64,000 bases of DNA, from contig WELB01000002.1 of NCBI GenBank assembly GCA_009602725.1, positions 132,021-196,020 of the forward strand, given 5' to 3'. Positions 1-10,854 of this stretch are shown here, piece after piece (position 1 is the first letter of the stretch; the number at the start of each line of letters is the position of its first letter). The stretch is from Spirogloea muscicola (Eukaryota). The notes beneath the pieces are model-generated. The model saw only the letters and a list, made by a program, of their open reading frames with translations. It was not told the DNA's origin and searched no databases. Both the position numbers and the translations under genes were made by a program.

Positions 1-222
1 GCTCTTCTGAAGGTAGACTGTGGCTGCTCCCTTTGGGGACAGTTGCTGGCCCGTACCGAGAGGTGAGTCGCCGCCTGTCGGCGGCGCCTCAGGGCAAGGT
101 ATTCCGCTGCGTGTGCATGTGGTGCTTCTCTGTGCTGGGGGTTTCGTCTCTAAACCCCAGAGACAGAAACCAATCAGGACGTCCTAACCCTTAACTGCTT
201 GTGAAGGGCTTAGAATGCTTCA
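1..222 (+). repeat. 3' part of the 5' LTR (R/U5), ending ...GCTTCA
   Basis: 221/222 identical to 6511-6732 and followed directly by the PBS. Confidence 0.96.
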
Positions 223-224
223 TT

Positions 225-235
225 TGGTATCAGAG
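225..235 (+). promoter_or_regulatory. Primer binding site for initiator tRNA-Met
   Basis: TGGTATCAGAG 2 nt after the LTR-terminal CA; the same motif follows other LTR ends at 9747 and 44417 and, on minus, 7998-8008 and 41051-41061. Confidence 0.93.
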
Positions 236-774
236 GGGTCCTTGTATCTTGCTAGCCTTGTATTCTGTGATGATACGGCTGACAATGCAAGGTTCCTTCT
301 GATGCTCTGGCACTGACTAGTCTCTTGTGGTTGAGACACTTTGCCAGACCGTACTCGTGGATCTGCATCGACGGGCCGATTGATACTGTTGTCCACTCGC
401 CCGCTGCATCCACAAGCCCGGGGTCGACCAATGTCAAGTGTTCCACCAGCCCGGCAGCCACCGAATTGCCAGGTCAGTACTCGCCCGCGTAACCACCTGC
501 GGTCGGCGGATTGCCTGTCGTTTGACAAGGAGGTGAAACCGACCGCCGATGGGCGGCGAGTCTGGCCATGTGCCAGAGGCTGGTCCGTACCCAATTCTGG
601 CCCCTCCCTCGGCTGCGCGTGCTGCTTGCGTTTTGGGGATATGGCTTACGCGCTGCCATGATTGCTTTGCTTTGCTGGGGCACCAACTTGCTTAGTGTGT
701 TGTGGTAGTATTGTCTTCTCGGTGTGTCTTGCGCCCTCCCACTGACTTGGCCGTCAGTGTGTTGGTGTAAAGGC

Positions 775-1960
775 ATGGAGTCCGAGGACTCAAGTGCGCA
801 ACTTAGCGCCCCTCCGCAAGGAGTGCCACCGGCCGACGTCGAGGATGTGGCCAACGAGTTGGCGGAGCTCCACGCGCTCGGACCAGACGGCCTTACAACG
901 GCCGATGCGCAGCGCCTACGGCGCCTGAGGGAGCTCGTCGAGGCAGCGGCCCCCTGGTGGGAACCCGCTGGTAACCCCAGTCCTGACGGCATTGAGCGAG
1001 GAGGTACGAGTTATCATCAGCCGCTTGTCTTCGGATGAGCAGCGCACTCGTCGCCTCCGAGCGAAGGTCAACCGTGGTGCGCGGTTGGGCCGTGCCCAGC
1101 CGTGCCAACCGTCAAAGTTTGACGGGCAGGGGAGCCTCGCAGCCTGGATCAGAGAGATGAATGCATGGTTCGTGCTATGCGAGGCGCCGGTGACGTCCCG
1201 CGTGGGAATCGCCGCCACCTACCTCACCGGTGATCCAGCCACCATTTGGGAGAGTACAAAGGAGTTCTCGACGCCCAGAGAATATAATACCTGGGACTTC
1301 TTTACCCGCTCGTTGACCACCTTGTACGGAGAGGTCCATGCTGAGCTTAAGGCGCGTAATCAACTCGATGCTATTCGTATGGTAGACGATGATTTCGAAG
1401 ATTATGTGCATCGTTTTCATCTTATTCTGATGAAATGTGGTAACATGAACCCGATGGACCAAGTCCAGAGGTTCAAAGCTGGTCTGCCGCAACATGTGGC
1501 GGTACTGTCCCAGCTTGACAAGCTCACCCATGATGTAGTCAATACCCTCGATAAGTTCATAGAACAAGCACGACAATCTTTCTTGATGTACCCAACAAAG
1601 AAGCGCTTGTTCCGAGGTGAGGACCGTGACGCGCCAGGGCCTTCGGTGGTGAAGCGTCATAAGCCTAACCATGGTTTTAAGCCTCGACCCCCGCCTCGGT
1701 CGGCGGCAGTGCCCAAGGGCAAGGCCAAGGCCTTTGTCCCTGAGGAAGGCCGAGCTTGCTACCGGTGCGGCAACAAGGGGCATCGCATTCGGGACTGCCT
1801 ACAGCCGCCGAAGACTCCAGCGTCGTCTACACCATCCTCGACTCGCCCTAAGGGCCGGTACAAGGACGAGGGTAAAGGGAAAAGTGAGTCCCCTTCCTTA
1901 ACTTCCTTATGTGTAATTCAGCAGCGTGGTGTGAATATGCTGTTTGAACTTGTAGGATGA
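775..1960 (+). pseudogene. gag: Gag (capsid plus CCHC zinc knuckle), frameshifted near 950
   Basis: ATG at 775 (MESEDSSA, homologous to MESADTSA in other copies); PSKFDG...W...ATYLTG capsid signature; CYRCGNKGHRIRDC knuckle; probable extra base in the C-run at 950-954. Confidence 0.9.
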
Positions 1961-2290
1961 GCATGTCCAAAGTCCGTTGTGCCAGTAGTATGCTCTGTGC
2001 ATGAGCTTATGCAAGCACTGGTAGATGGTGGCCCCCTCGTTGTATGGGTTCCTTCTAATCAGCTGCAGAAAGCTGCGAACATGTATTTGAGCTGGATCAG
2101 TTTACACGGTGTTAAAGAACCTGTCTTCTTTATTGTGCCGTGCAGTCGCGGAATGAATCCTCTACCTCCAAAAGGGGCTGGCTTTGCTGTGTCGCCTGAA
2201 GGCGGGCCACCTCCACGTGAAGTACGGAATGAAGGACGGATCTCCGAGACCTTCTAAACTGCTCATCTTCAAAGCTAGTAGTTATATTCT
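1890..2290 (+). other. Extra ~135-aa domain between Gag and protease, N6-adenine methyltransferase-like (degenerate)
   Basis: Continues in frame from Gag through TGA at 1958. Homologs at ~10960-11350, ~16690-16960(-), ~42700-43040 and ~47060-47440. Fold assignment is a by-eye inference. Confidence 0.55.
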
Positions 2291-3872
2291 TACGGCAGTA
2301 GGTGCCTCAGCACTCAGCGCTGACGCGCCAACTATGTTGTTTTCAGGACTGGTGGCTAGTCAGCCAGCCCAGATCCTTATAGACACAGGGGCTGCTGTTT
2401 CCTGTGTTAGTAAGAATTTTGTGAGTGACAATGGTTTGATTGTAAAACCTACTACCATTTCACAAGCTACTTTGGCGAATGGACAAAGTGCCGAAATTGT
2501 GGGCCTATGTCAAGTTCCTCTACACATTCAACACTTAAAGACGGTTGTGTCTTGCCATGTCCTTGAGTTGACACTGGGCTTTGATGTGATATTGGGCGAT
2601 GACTGGTTGTGTTCTAATGAGGCCCTCCTTGACTTTGACGCGCGGACTTGCTCGGGCCGACAGGATTCTCGTCGTTTTGTACTGCACAAAGACGTTCCCT
2701 TTGTACCATCGCCTGTGACAGAATCCTCTATTCAGCTGTCGGCTGTGCAGTTTAAGAGGGTCCTTCACGCAGAACCCACCTCGGCTGTGTATCTGCTAAT
2801 GGTAATGGAAAGTGAGTCCCCCCCTGACTCAGTAATAGTGAGTAATGTGGCCTCACATGGTGCGGCTCTTGACAGCTTGTTGGAGGAATTTGCGGATGTG
2901 TTCCCCCATGCCCTCCCGGACGGTTTGCCTCCTGACCGAGGCGTGGCTCATACAATTCCACTAGAGCCCGGCGCTGTATCGCCGTACCGTCCAATGTATC
3001 GACTGAGTCCTCTCGAATTTCGGGAGATGCAGTCCCAAGTGGAGGAACTGCTACGGAAAGGCCATATTGAGCCTTCCCAGTCGCCGTACGGTGCACCAAT
3101 CCTCTTCGTAAAGAAGAAGGATGGTAGTCTTCGTATGTGCATCGATTATCGAGCCTTAAACAAGCTCACCGTCAAGAATCGGTATCCTTTGCCTCGAATA
3201 GACGACCTGTTCGACCGTCTAGCGGGAGCTAATGTGTTCAGCTCCCTCGATTTGCAAAGTGGTTATCATCAAATTCGTATTACCCCTGAGGACGTCCCGA
3301 AGTCGGCATTCCGTACGCCGCTCGGTCACTTCCAGTTCAAGGTTCTCAGCTTTGGTTTGACCAACGCACCTGCCACATTTCGGGCGGTAATGACGAAAGT
3401 CTTTGGCCCCCTACTGTATGACTTTGTGCTGGTCTATCTGGATGACATACTGGTGTTTAGTAAAACGCCTGAGGAGCACGTACGTCATTTGCGGCAAGTG
3501 CTGCAACTATTACGTGCAAACCAGTTGTAAGCCAAGAGATCCAAATGTGTATTCAACCAGCCTGAGCTCACCTACTTAGGGCATGTTGTAGGCAAAGACG
3601 GGGTACGCGTCGACCCCAAAAAGACTTCAGCAGTAAAGGACTGGCCTGTGCCACGGAATGTGCCATCGTTGCGGTCCTTCTTGGGATTCGCAAATTACTT
3701 CCGCAAGTTTCTACAAGGGTACGGAAGTATGGCATCTCCTCTTACGAAGCTCACTCGTAAGGACGTCAGCTGGGTGTGGACGTCGGAATGCCAGAAGGCA
3801 TTCGAGGATATCAAACGGGTCCTGGTGAATCCACCCTCTTTTGGCCTTGCCTCGAGAAGGCGTGCCATTTGA
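2184..3872 (+). pseudogene. pol: Pol: aspartic protease and reverse transcriptase
   Basis: ILIDTGA protease motif; [37 protein letters not shown] and YLDD RT motifs; premature TAA at 3528-3530 (QL*AKRSKC). Confidence 0.96.
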
Positions 3873-5073
3873 AGTAGTATGTGACGCCTCTTTGATCGGC
3901 ATTGGTGCCGTACTCTTGCAGGAGGGTCATCCCGTAGCATTTGAAAGTCGCCTGCTTCGTCCTGCAGAGCGTAACTACACTACGGGGGAGCAAGAGCTCC
4001 TTGCTGTTGTGCACGCCTTACGTGTGTGGCGTTGCTATCTCGAGGGTGTTGACTTTACGGTCGTAACAGATCATTGCCCGTTGACCTATTTTCACACACA
4101 ACAGCAATTGAGCAGGCGTCAAACACGGTGGGCTGAGTGTATAGCACAATTCCGTTTCCAGTGGTTGTACCGCCCTGGACGTATGAATGTTGCGGACCCG
4201 GTAAGTCGCAACATTGCAGGGGCTGCTGTGGCGGCTGTCTTGCACGCTTCAAGGGGTCAGACCGCAGACGTGCGGCCTACTCGTGGAACTGCTCGGCAGT
4301 CCACCGCCAACCTCTCTGAGCTGTATGTGCGTATTCGTGATGGGTATGGCACAGACCCATGGTTTGCGGCTAAAACCAATACACGCACACCAGTAAATGA
4401 CCAAGGCTTTTGGTGGCGAGGTGACGCCATTGTAGTTCCTGACTGCAATGCCTTGCGCACCAGTATCTTGCAAGAACTGCATGAGCCTCCGTATAGTGGT
4501 CATTTGGGTATGGGAAAGACGAAGAAAGCCGTCCAGCTTCTCTTCTGGTGGCCGGACTTGAAAGCTCAAGTAGAGTCTTTTGTAAGGACTTGTGCCACCT
4601 GCCAGCGCAGTAAGGCACGCTCTCATAAGCCTGCCGGGTTGCTCCAACCGTTGGAGATTCCTCCGAGGAACTGGTCTGATGTAAGTGTGGATTTCGTCAC
4701 CCAGTTGCCGAAGACGAAAAAGGGTCATGATGCCATTGTCGTATTTGTGGATCGTCTGAGTGAAATGGCGCATTTTGTGCCTACGACCACAAAGGTGTCA
4801 GCCAAAGAGTTCGCTGGTATCTTCGTGGACCGCGTATGGAAACTGCACGGAGTCCCCGAGCGGATCGTGTCTGACCGCGATCCTCGCTTCACGGGGCACT
4901 TCTGGAAGGAAGTGTGCAGGCTGATTGGCACCCAGCAATCCATGTCCACGGCTTTCCATCCCCAGACAGATGGTCAGACGGAAAGATTGAATCGGGTGTT
5001 GGAAGACATGTTGCGGCATTTTGTAAACCCCAGTCAAAGTGACTGGGATGAGTATCTTGCTCCAGCGGAGTAG
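3841..5073 (+). pseudogene. pol: Pol: RNase H and integrase (HHCC and DDE core)
   Basis: CDASLIGIGAVL, EQELLAVV, TDH; H-x6-H...CATC; VDFV, SDRD, GQTERLN; frameshifts at ~3840 and ~5072. Confidence 0.96.
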
Positions 5074-5075
5074 CC

Positions 5076-5768
5076 GTGAACAATGCCTCCCACGAGTCAA
5101 CTACGAATACACCCTTCTTTCTTAATTATGGTCAGCATCCCCGAGCACCTTTACAGGTGGGGAGGCCGGAACGTGTGCCGGCCGCAGTAACTTTTACCGG
5201 GAACCTCCTGGAAGCTCAGCGGAGGGCTAGGGAATGCTTGGAGATTGCCCAGCAACGGCAAAAGCAGTACGCTGATCGACGTCGACAGGATATATCCTTC
5301 GACGTGGGTGCTCAAGTGCTACTCAGCACAAAGCATCTCTCCATGCGGGCTGTCGGTACGCCTAAATTGCTACCAAAGTGGGTTGGACCTTTTCGTGTAG
5401 TGCGTCTGGTCGGCAAAGTTGCGTACGAGCTGGACACGCCGGTACATTGGAAAATCCATAAAGTATTCCATGTGTCCCAGCTCGAACCATTCCATACGGA
5501 TGGTCGTGTCCAACCGCCCCCACCTTCCCTCGTCGTCAAGGATAATGAAGAGTTTGAGGTGGAGGAGATCTTGTCTCACCGCGACAAACTCCGTGGGCGA
5601 CGTAAGTCCCGAGAGTATCTTGTAAAGTGGAAAGGCTATGGGCCTGAACACAATACGTGGGAACCTTCGGGCCATCTTGCCCATTGCCCGTCCGTCCTCC
5701 GTAAGTATCTTGCAAAGAAGAAACTCCCTCCTTTGCGTAGTACTTCTATGACTACCCGTCAAAAGTAA
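5076..5768 (+). pseudogene. pol: Integrase C-terminus with GPY/F motif and chromodomain
   Basis: [26 protein letters not shown]...[18 protein letters not shown]. Confidence 0.95.
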
Positions 5769-5822
5769 TGTGACGAACTCTCCTTCCGTACCAAGTCCTT
5801 GTTCCCGAGGACGTGAACATCA

Positions 5823-5835
5823 AAGTGGGGAGGAA
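5823..5835 (+). promoter_or_regulatory. Polypurine tract
   Basis: AAGTGGGGAGGAA directly before TGTAAC of the 3' LTR; equivalents sit before other 3' LTRs. Confidence 0.9.
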
Positions 5836-6732
5836 TGTAACGTCCCCATCCGTTACGTGACGTTTAACCGTGGGTTGAACGCTAACGCGTGGTAACGGCA
5901 CGCGGCCCCGGTATCGTTGGCGTGCGACACGTGGGCGACGCGCGGGCAAGTGAGACGCAGCTCACCGCGGCTCGCCGGAGCTGTCGCCGCAGGGCCGCCC
6001 GGGCCCCCGGGCCATGGCCGCCGCCGCCCTCACGACCGTTCCGCAGGGCGGCACCGCGCAGGGCGGCACTGCGACGTGCCCGTCGGCGGCATGTCCGCCG
6101 AACCGGTGAGCGCCACCTCTTGGCCGCCGGACTCGTAGTGACATACCTGTGACGCGTGTAGCGCTGTGACGCGCCTGGCGGCGCCGCGCAGGGCGGCACC
6201 GCGCAGGGCGGCACCGCGTCGCGCAGGGCGGCGTCACCGCCCTCAAGACCCGTATCCCCCCGTAGGGCCCGCCTTCTCGAGGTGGGCCTTGAGGCGAGCC
6301 TCCCAGAGACCCTTGGGGAGGGGTGGCACACGAAGCACTATAAGTAGGGCTGAGACCAGCCTCCGGGCACCCGGCTCTGGTCAGCGAAGCCCACGCCAGA
6401 GAGAGGCGCGCAGCCCTGCTGCCGCCTGCTGCCGCAGCTCGTCCGCGCAGGCCTGCTGCTGCCTGCTGCTGCAGCCCGACGCCGCAACCCGTCCCCGCGG
6501 ATCTTCCTCGGCTCTTCTGAAGGTAGACTGTGGCTGCTCCCTTTGGGGACAGTTGCTGGCCCGTACCGAGAGGTGAGTCGCCGCCTGTCGGCGGCGCCTC
6601 AGGGCAAGGTATTCCGCTGCGTGTGCATGTGGTGCTTCTCTGTGCTGGGGGTTTCGTCTCTAAACCCCAGAGACAGAAACCAATCAGGACGTCCTAACCC
6701 TTAACAGCTTGTGAAGGGCTTAGAATGCTTCA
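5836..6732 (+). repeat. 3' LTR, family A (897 bp, TG...CA)
   Basis: TGTAACG...GCTTCA; GC-rich tandem motifs in U3; TATAAG at ~6339. Confidence 0.96.
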
Positions 6733-8009
6733 CATACAACAAGCTCTTCATTCACCAGCGCTTGCATAAGCCCATGCAAAGAGCGTACTACTGGCACAAC
6801 AGACTGCGGACACACACACGTCCTACAAGTTTGAGGTGACGATACATACCACGTCACATGAAAGTCAGCGGGCGTAAAGCTCCGCGTACTTATCATCCGT
6901 ACATAGCGGTGAGTGAGTGGTGGAAGAAGTCCCAAGTGTTGTACACTCTGGGGTGGGAGGACGACTTCACAGTGTTCCACCATGCGGCAGCAACATCGGT
7001 AAGTCATGTAGCTGCAATTCCCACGCGGAATTCGAACGGTGTCGCGCATATCATGAACCAGTTGTTCAGTTTGCGGAGTCAGGCGGTAGGACTATTTTGC
7101 CCATCGTACTTGGAGGGCTGGCATGGCCGGGCACGGCCCAGTTGCCTGGAATAGCGTAATTTTGCCTTGACGCGACGAACTCGCAGCTCTTCAGCATACA
7201 CACGGGCGAGTATTGTTCGCGTCTCTTCGCGTGGCGCTTCCCATCCGGGATTGCCAGCGAATCATCACTCGGAATGGCATCCGCTATTTGCTCCACAAGA
7301 CGCACAAGGCGTTGCATCTCGGCCGGAGTCAGGCCGTCCAGGTCGGGTGCGTGGAGCTCCGCCGACTCACTCTCCGTCTCCTCGACCTCAGCCGGAGGTA
7401 CGACCGGTGGAGGAGGATTAGGTTGCGCACTTGTGTCAGCCGACTCCATGCCTTTACACCAGCACACTGAGGGATCAAGTCAGTGGAGGGCGTAAGACAC
7501 AATGGCTAAGACAATACTACCACAATGTTACTGAGCAAGCTGGTGCCCCAGGCAAAGCAAAGCAATCATGATAGTGCGCAAGTCACACCCCCAAAACACA
7601 AAGCCGCACGAGCGAGCTGAGGGAGGGGCCAGGACTGGTGTACGGACCAGCTTCTGGCACATAGCCAGATTTCGCCGCCCAGCGGCGGTCGGTTTCACCT
7701 CCTTGTCACGCAGACAGGCAATCCGCCGACCGCAGGTGGTTACGCAGGCGACATACTGACCTGGCAATTGTGATTGCCGCTGGGGCGGAGAACCACTTGA
7801 TGTTAGCCGACCCCAGATGCGTGGATGCAGCGGGCTAGTGTTCACAGCACCCACCAGTCCGCCGATGGAGATCCACGGGTACACTCTGGCAAGGGGTCTA
7901 AGTCACAAAAGACTAGTCAGTGCCAGAACATCAGAAGGAACTTGCATGTGTCAGCCGTATTATCACAGAATACGAGATTAGCAAGATGCAAGGACTCCTC
8001 TGATACCAA
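6733..8009 (-). mobile_element. Remnant internal region (PBS, leader, deleted gag, extra domain) of an older chromovirus, interrupted by the 1-6732 element
   Basis: Highly similar to ~39790-41062; minus-strand PBS at 7998-8008. Confidence 0.88.
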
Positions 8010-8890
8010 TGTGACGTTCCTGACCCTTTAAGAGCACAGTCAGGGGTCAGTAAGTCCTTATTGATTACGGTCGCTGGGGTTTAGAGACAAACCCCCAGCA
8101 CAGAGAAGCACCACGTGTACTACGCAGCGGAATACCTTGCCCTGAGGCGCCGCCGACAGGCGGCGACTCACCTCTTCAGGTACGGGCCAGCAACTGTCCC
8201 CAGTGAAAGCAGCCACAGTCTACTTACAGGAGAGCCGATGAAGATCCGCGGCGACGGGTTGCGGCGTCGGGCTGCAGCAGCAGGCAGCAGCAGACCTGCG
8301 TGGACGAGCTGCGGCAGCAGGCGGCAGCAGGGCTGCGCGCCTCTCTCTCGCGGAGGCTTCAATGACTTGGACCGATTACCCTGAGCCTGGTCTCAGCCCT
8401 ACTTGTTGTGCTTCATGTGCCACCCTCCCCAGGGGTCTCTGGGAGGTTCGTCTCAGGGCCCACCTCGGGAGGCGGGCCCGACAAGGGGAATCTAGTACGT
8501 GGCCAGGCCACGCGGCTTCCTTCTGGAAGTGGCGGCCAGCCTGCAGCGCCGCCGAGCGGCGCCCTGCGTCGCCGGCTTGCGGCGCCGCCAGTGCGTCACG
8601 GGTGTGGCGCGGCGTCACGGGCGCGCCACACGTGTCACATACACGTCATTACGAGTGTGTCGGCAGATACCAGAATATGCCGAGGAGCTTCCTCTCCAGA
8701 AGTCCAGGATTCGCCACCTCTGCTGGAGGCTGCGCGCCTGCACGTCACATCGTCAGCAGGCGCGTCACATTGCGCGACACCTCGCGCGGGTCGCTCGCGC
8801 GTCGCACGCGCGTCGCACGCGTCAGGCACGTGCGCGTCAGTGTTAGCACATTAGCGCTTGACTTGAAGTTAGGCGTCCCGTAACGGCGGG
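8010..8890 (-). repeat. LTR (family A', shares R/U5 similarity with A) flanked by a PPT on one side and a PBS on the other
   Basis: Near copy of 35096-36035; PPT complement TTCCTCCCCACTT at 8891; PBS complement ends at 8008. Confidence 0.9.
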
Positions 8891-10854
8891 TTCCTCCCCA
8901 CTTAGATGTTCACGTACTCGGGAACAAGAACATGACACCACGGACCCCAAGAGGTTAAGTTCGACGGGGGCGTGTGGTATTACGACGCAAAGGGGAATGC
9001 CCCTTGGCAAGCTACTTACGGAAAACGGCTCGACAATGGGCAAGATTGGCCGCAGGTTCCCACATATTGTGCTCAGGCTCATAGCCTAGCCACTTTACAA
9101 GGTACTCTCGGGATTTATGTCGCCCACGTAGTTTGTCGCGGTGAGACGAGATCTCCTCCACCTGAAAAACTTCCTCGTCCGCAACGACGAGGGGAGGTGG
9201 GGGCGTGGATACGACCATCCGGATGGTACGGTAGCTGGGACACATGGAGAGCTTAGTGGATGTTCCATTGTACCGGTGTATCCAGCTCGTCTGCGACCGG
9301 GCCGACGTGGCGCACTACACGAAAGTGTCCAACCCACTTCAGCAGCAACTTTGGCGTACCTACAGCATGCAAGGAGGGGTGCTGTGTACTTAAGAGCACT
9401 TGAGCACCCTCGTCGATTGATATATTTCGACGACTTCGATCAGCATACTCCTTTTGGTTGCTGGGCAATCTCCAAGCATTGCCTAATCCTCCGCTGAGCT
9501 TCCAGGAGGTTACTGGTAAAAGGATTACAGCGGCCGGCACGTGCTCCGGCCACCCCACCTGTAAAGGTACTCGGGGATGCTGACCGTAGTTGAGGAAGAA
9601 AAGGGTGATTTTGGTGGACTCATGGAAGGCATTGCTCACAGCACATTTCGCTGGAGCGTGATACTCATCCCAGTCACTTTTACTGGGCTTACAATGTAGT
9701 GAATCTCGCCCCGAACACGCAGTTAGAGGGAGAGTGTCCTTGCAATTGGTATCAGAGGCGGTCTTGCATCTATCGTGCTTGTGACTTCTTGTGCTCGCGG
9801 ATGATGCAAGGATCCATTTGATATTCTGGCCTGACTTTTTTCTGTCAAAGTTGAAGTGCTTGCCAGACGTTGGTCCGTGGGACGGCTCCGCAGAAGCGCC
9901 GGGTGCTGCGTCATCCTTGCGCTGTGAGCCGGTGACAAACGCCAGATTGCAGACTGATCCTTGAGGCCACTTGCTGCGTTCGCTACTCTTGAGGTGAAGC
10001 TTGAGCTTGCAGTCTTTGTGTGATGAGATCAGTCGTGTGACCAGCATTGCTTGTGAGCATCAGTCTTGGTCACATCGCGGCTGTCTGCCTGCCTGCTGTG
10101 GAGTTGCGCGCTGCCTTGCTTGCTCGCTCGCTGCTGCAGCAGTCTCGCGCACCTTGTATTGCGGTGTGGCGTGTGGGCTCTGCTGACTGTCGGAGCTGTA
10201 TTGATCCGTCAGTGTCCCTCAGCAAGATGACTTCGCCCACGCATTCTAGCGCAAGATCCGCCCGGCCACGGACGGCAGCGCGGACGGCAGCGCGGTCCGC
10301 TGCGGATGCAGCGGCTGCAGAGGCGCGGACCGCTGCGGATGCAGCGGCTGCCGCGGAGCAGACGGTCGTGGATACGACGCCTGCTCCAGGACGGTCGGCT
10401 GTGGACACGACGGCCGTGGCGGGGCCAGATACTGTGGATCCAGTGGCCGCTGCGGGGCAAGCCCTGGGAGGGTATGCCGAGCTGGGAGCCGAAGGCTTGT
10501 CGGCTGGGGAGGTGCAACGAATCGCCCTCCTCATGCAGGACCTTGCAGCAGCAGCGCCTACAACGGACCCAGCCCAACACCGTCTCCATGCAAGGCTTTG
10601 CTCGGAGCTTCGCACCCTCCTCGTCCGGCTGCGCGCCACAGAGCGGCGCATGCAAGAGGTGGATGCCACACTGCACCTTGGGCGCAAGAACCACGGACCC
10701 CCTGAGCATGGCCTGGCCAGGGCTCACGCACGGCGGCATCCGCTGGGCCACGTCCACAGCGCCCGATGGGCCGGGACAAGGGCAGCTTCAAGGGGAAGCG
10801 TGAGTGCCTAGCCCTCGCCTCTCGGCGTCACATCATTCAGCCGTCTAGACGCAC

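Larger units (their letters stand above)
1..6732 (+). mobile_element. Near-complete Ty3/Gypsy chromovirus LTR retrotransposon (LTR family A); 5' LTR truncated by the window edge
   Basis: Order LTR-PBS-gag-PR-RT-RH-INT-chromodomain-PPT-LTR. Bases 1-222 match 6511-6732 with one mismatch. Coding region has 2 in-frame stops and 4 frameshifts. Confidence 0.97.

Noticed and set aside
62..95. Minus-strand CTGAGGC-stem-GACT in LTRs resembling a hammerhead ribozyme core (retrozyme-like)
   Set aside because: Differs from CUGANGA...GAAA at invariant positions, and other families read CTGTGG or CTATGG
225..235. Possible tRNA gene
   Set aside because: Only an 11-nt complement of the tRNA-Met 3' end (PBS); no cloverleaf
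1877..1883. GGGAAAA as a -1 frameshift site between gag and pol
   Set aside because: Paralogs (10855 ORF, 16686 ORF) read through this region in one frame, and the heptamer is not conserved
5801..5818. GTTCCCGAGGACGTGAAC hairpin before the PPTs as a novel element
   Set aside because: Resembles the conserved pre-PPT GAGGACG motif common in Ty3/Gypsy elements; unlikely to be new
5882..6576. Many 60-200 aa ORFs within LTRs and antisense to pol or LINE ORFs
   Set aside because: Low-complexity Arg/Ala/Pro products of GC-rich repeats or shadow frames with no domain motifs
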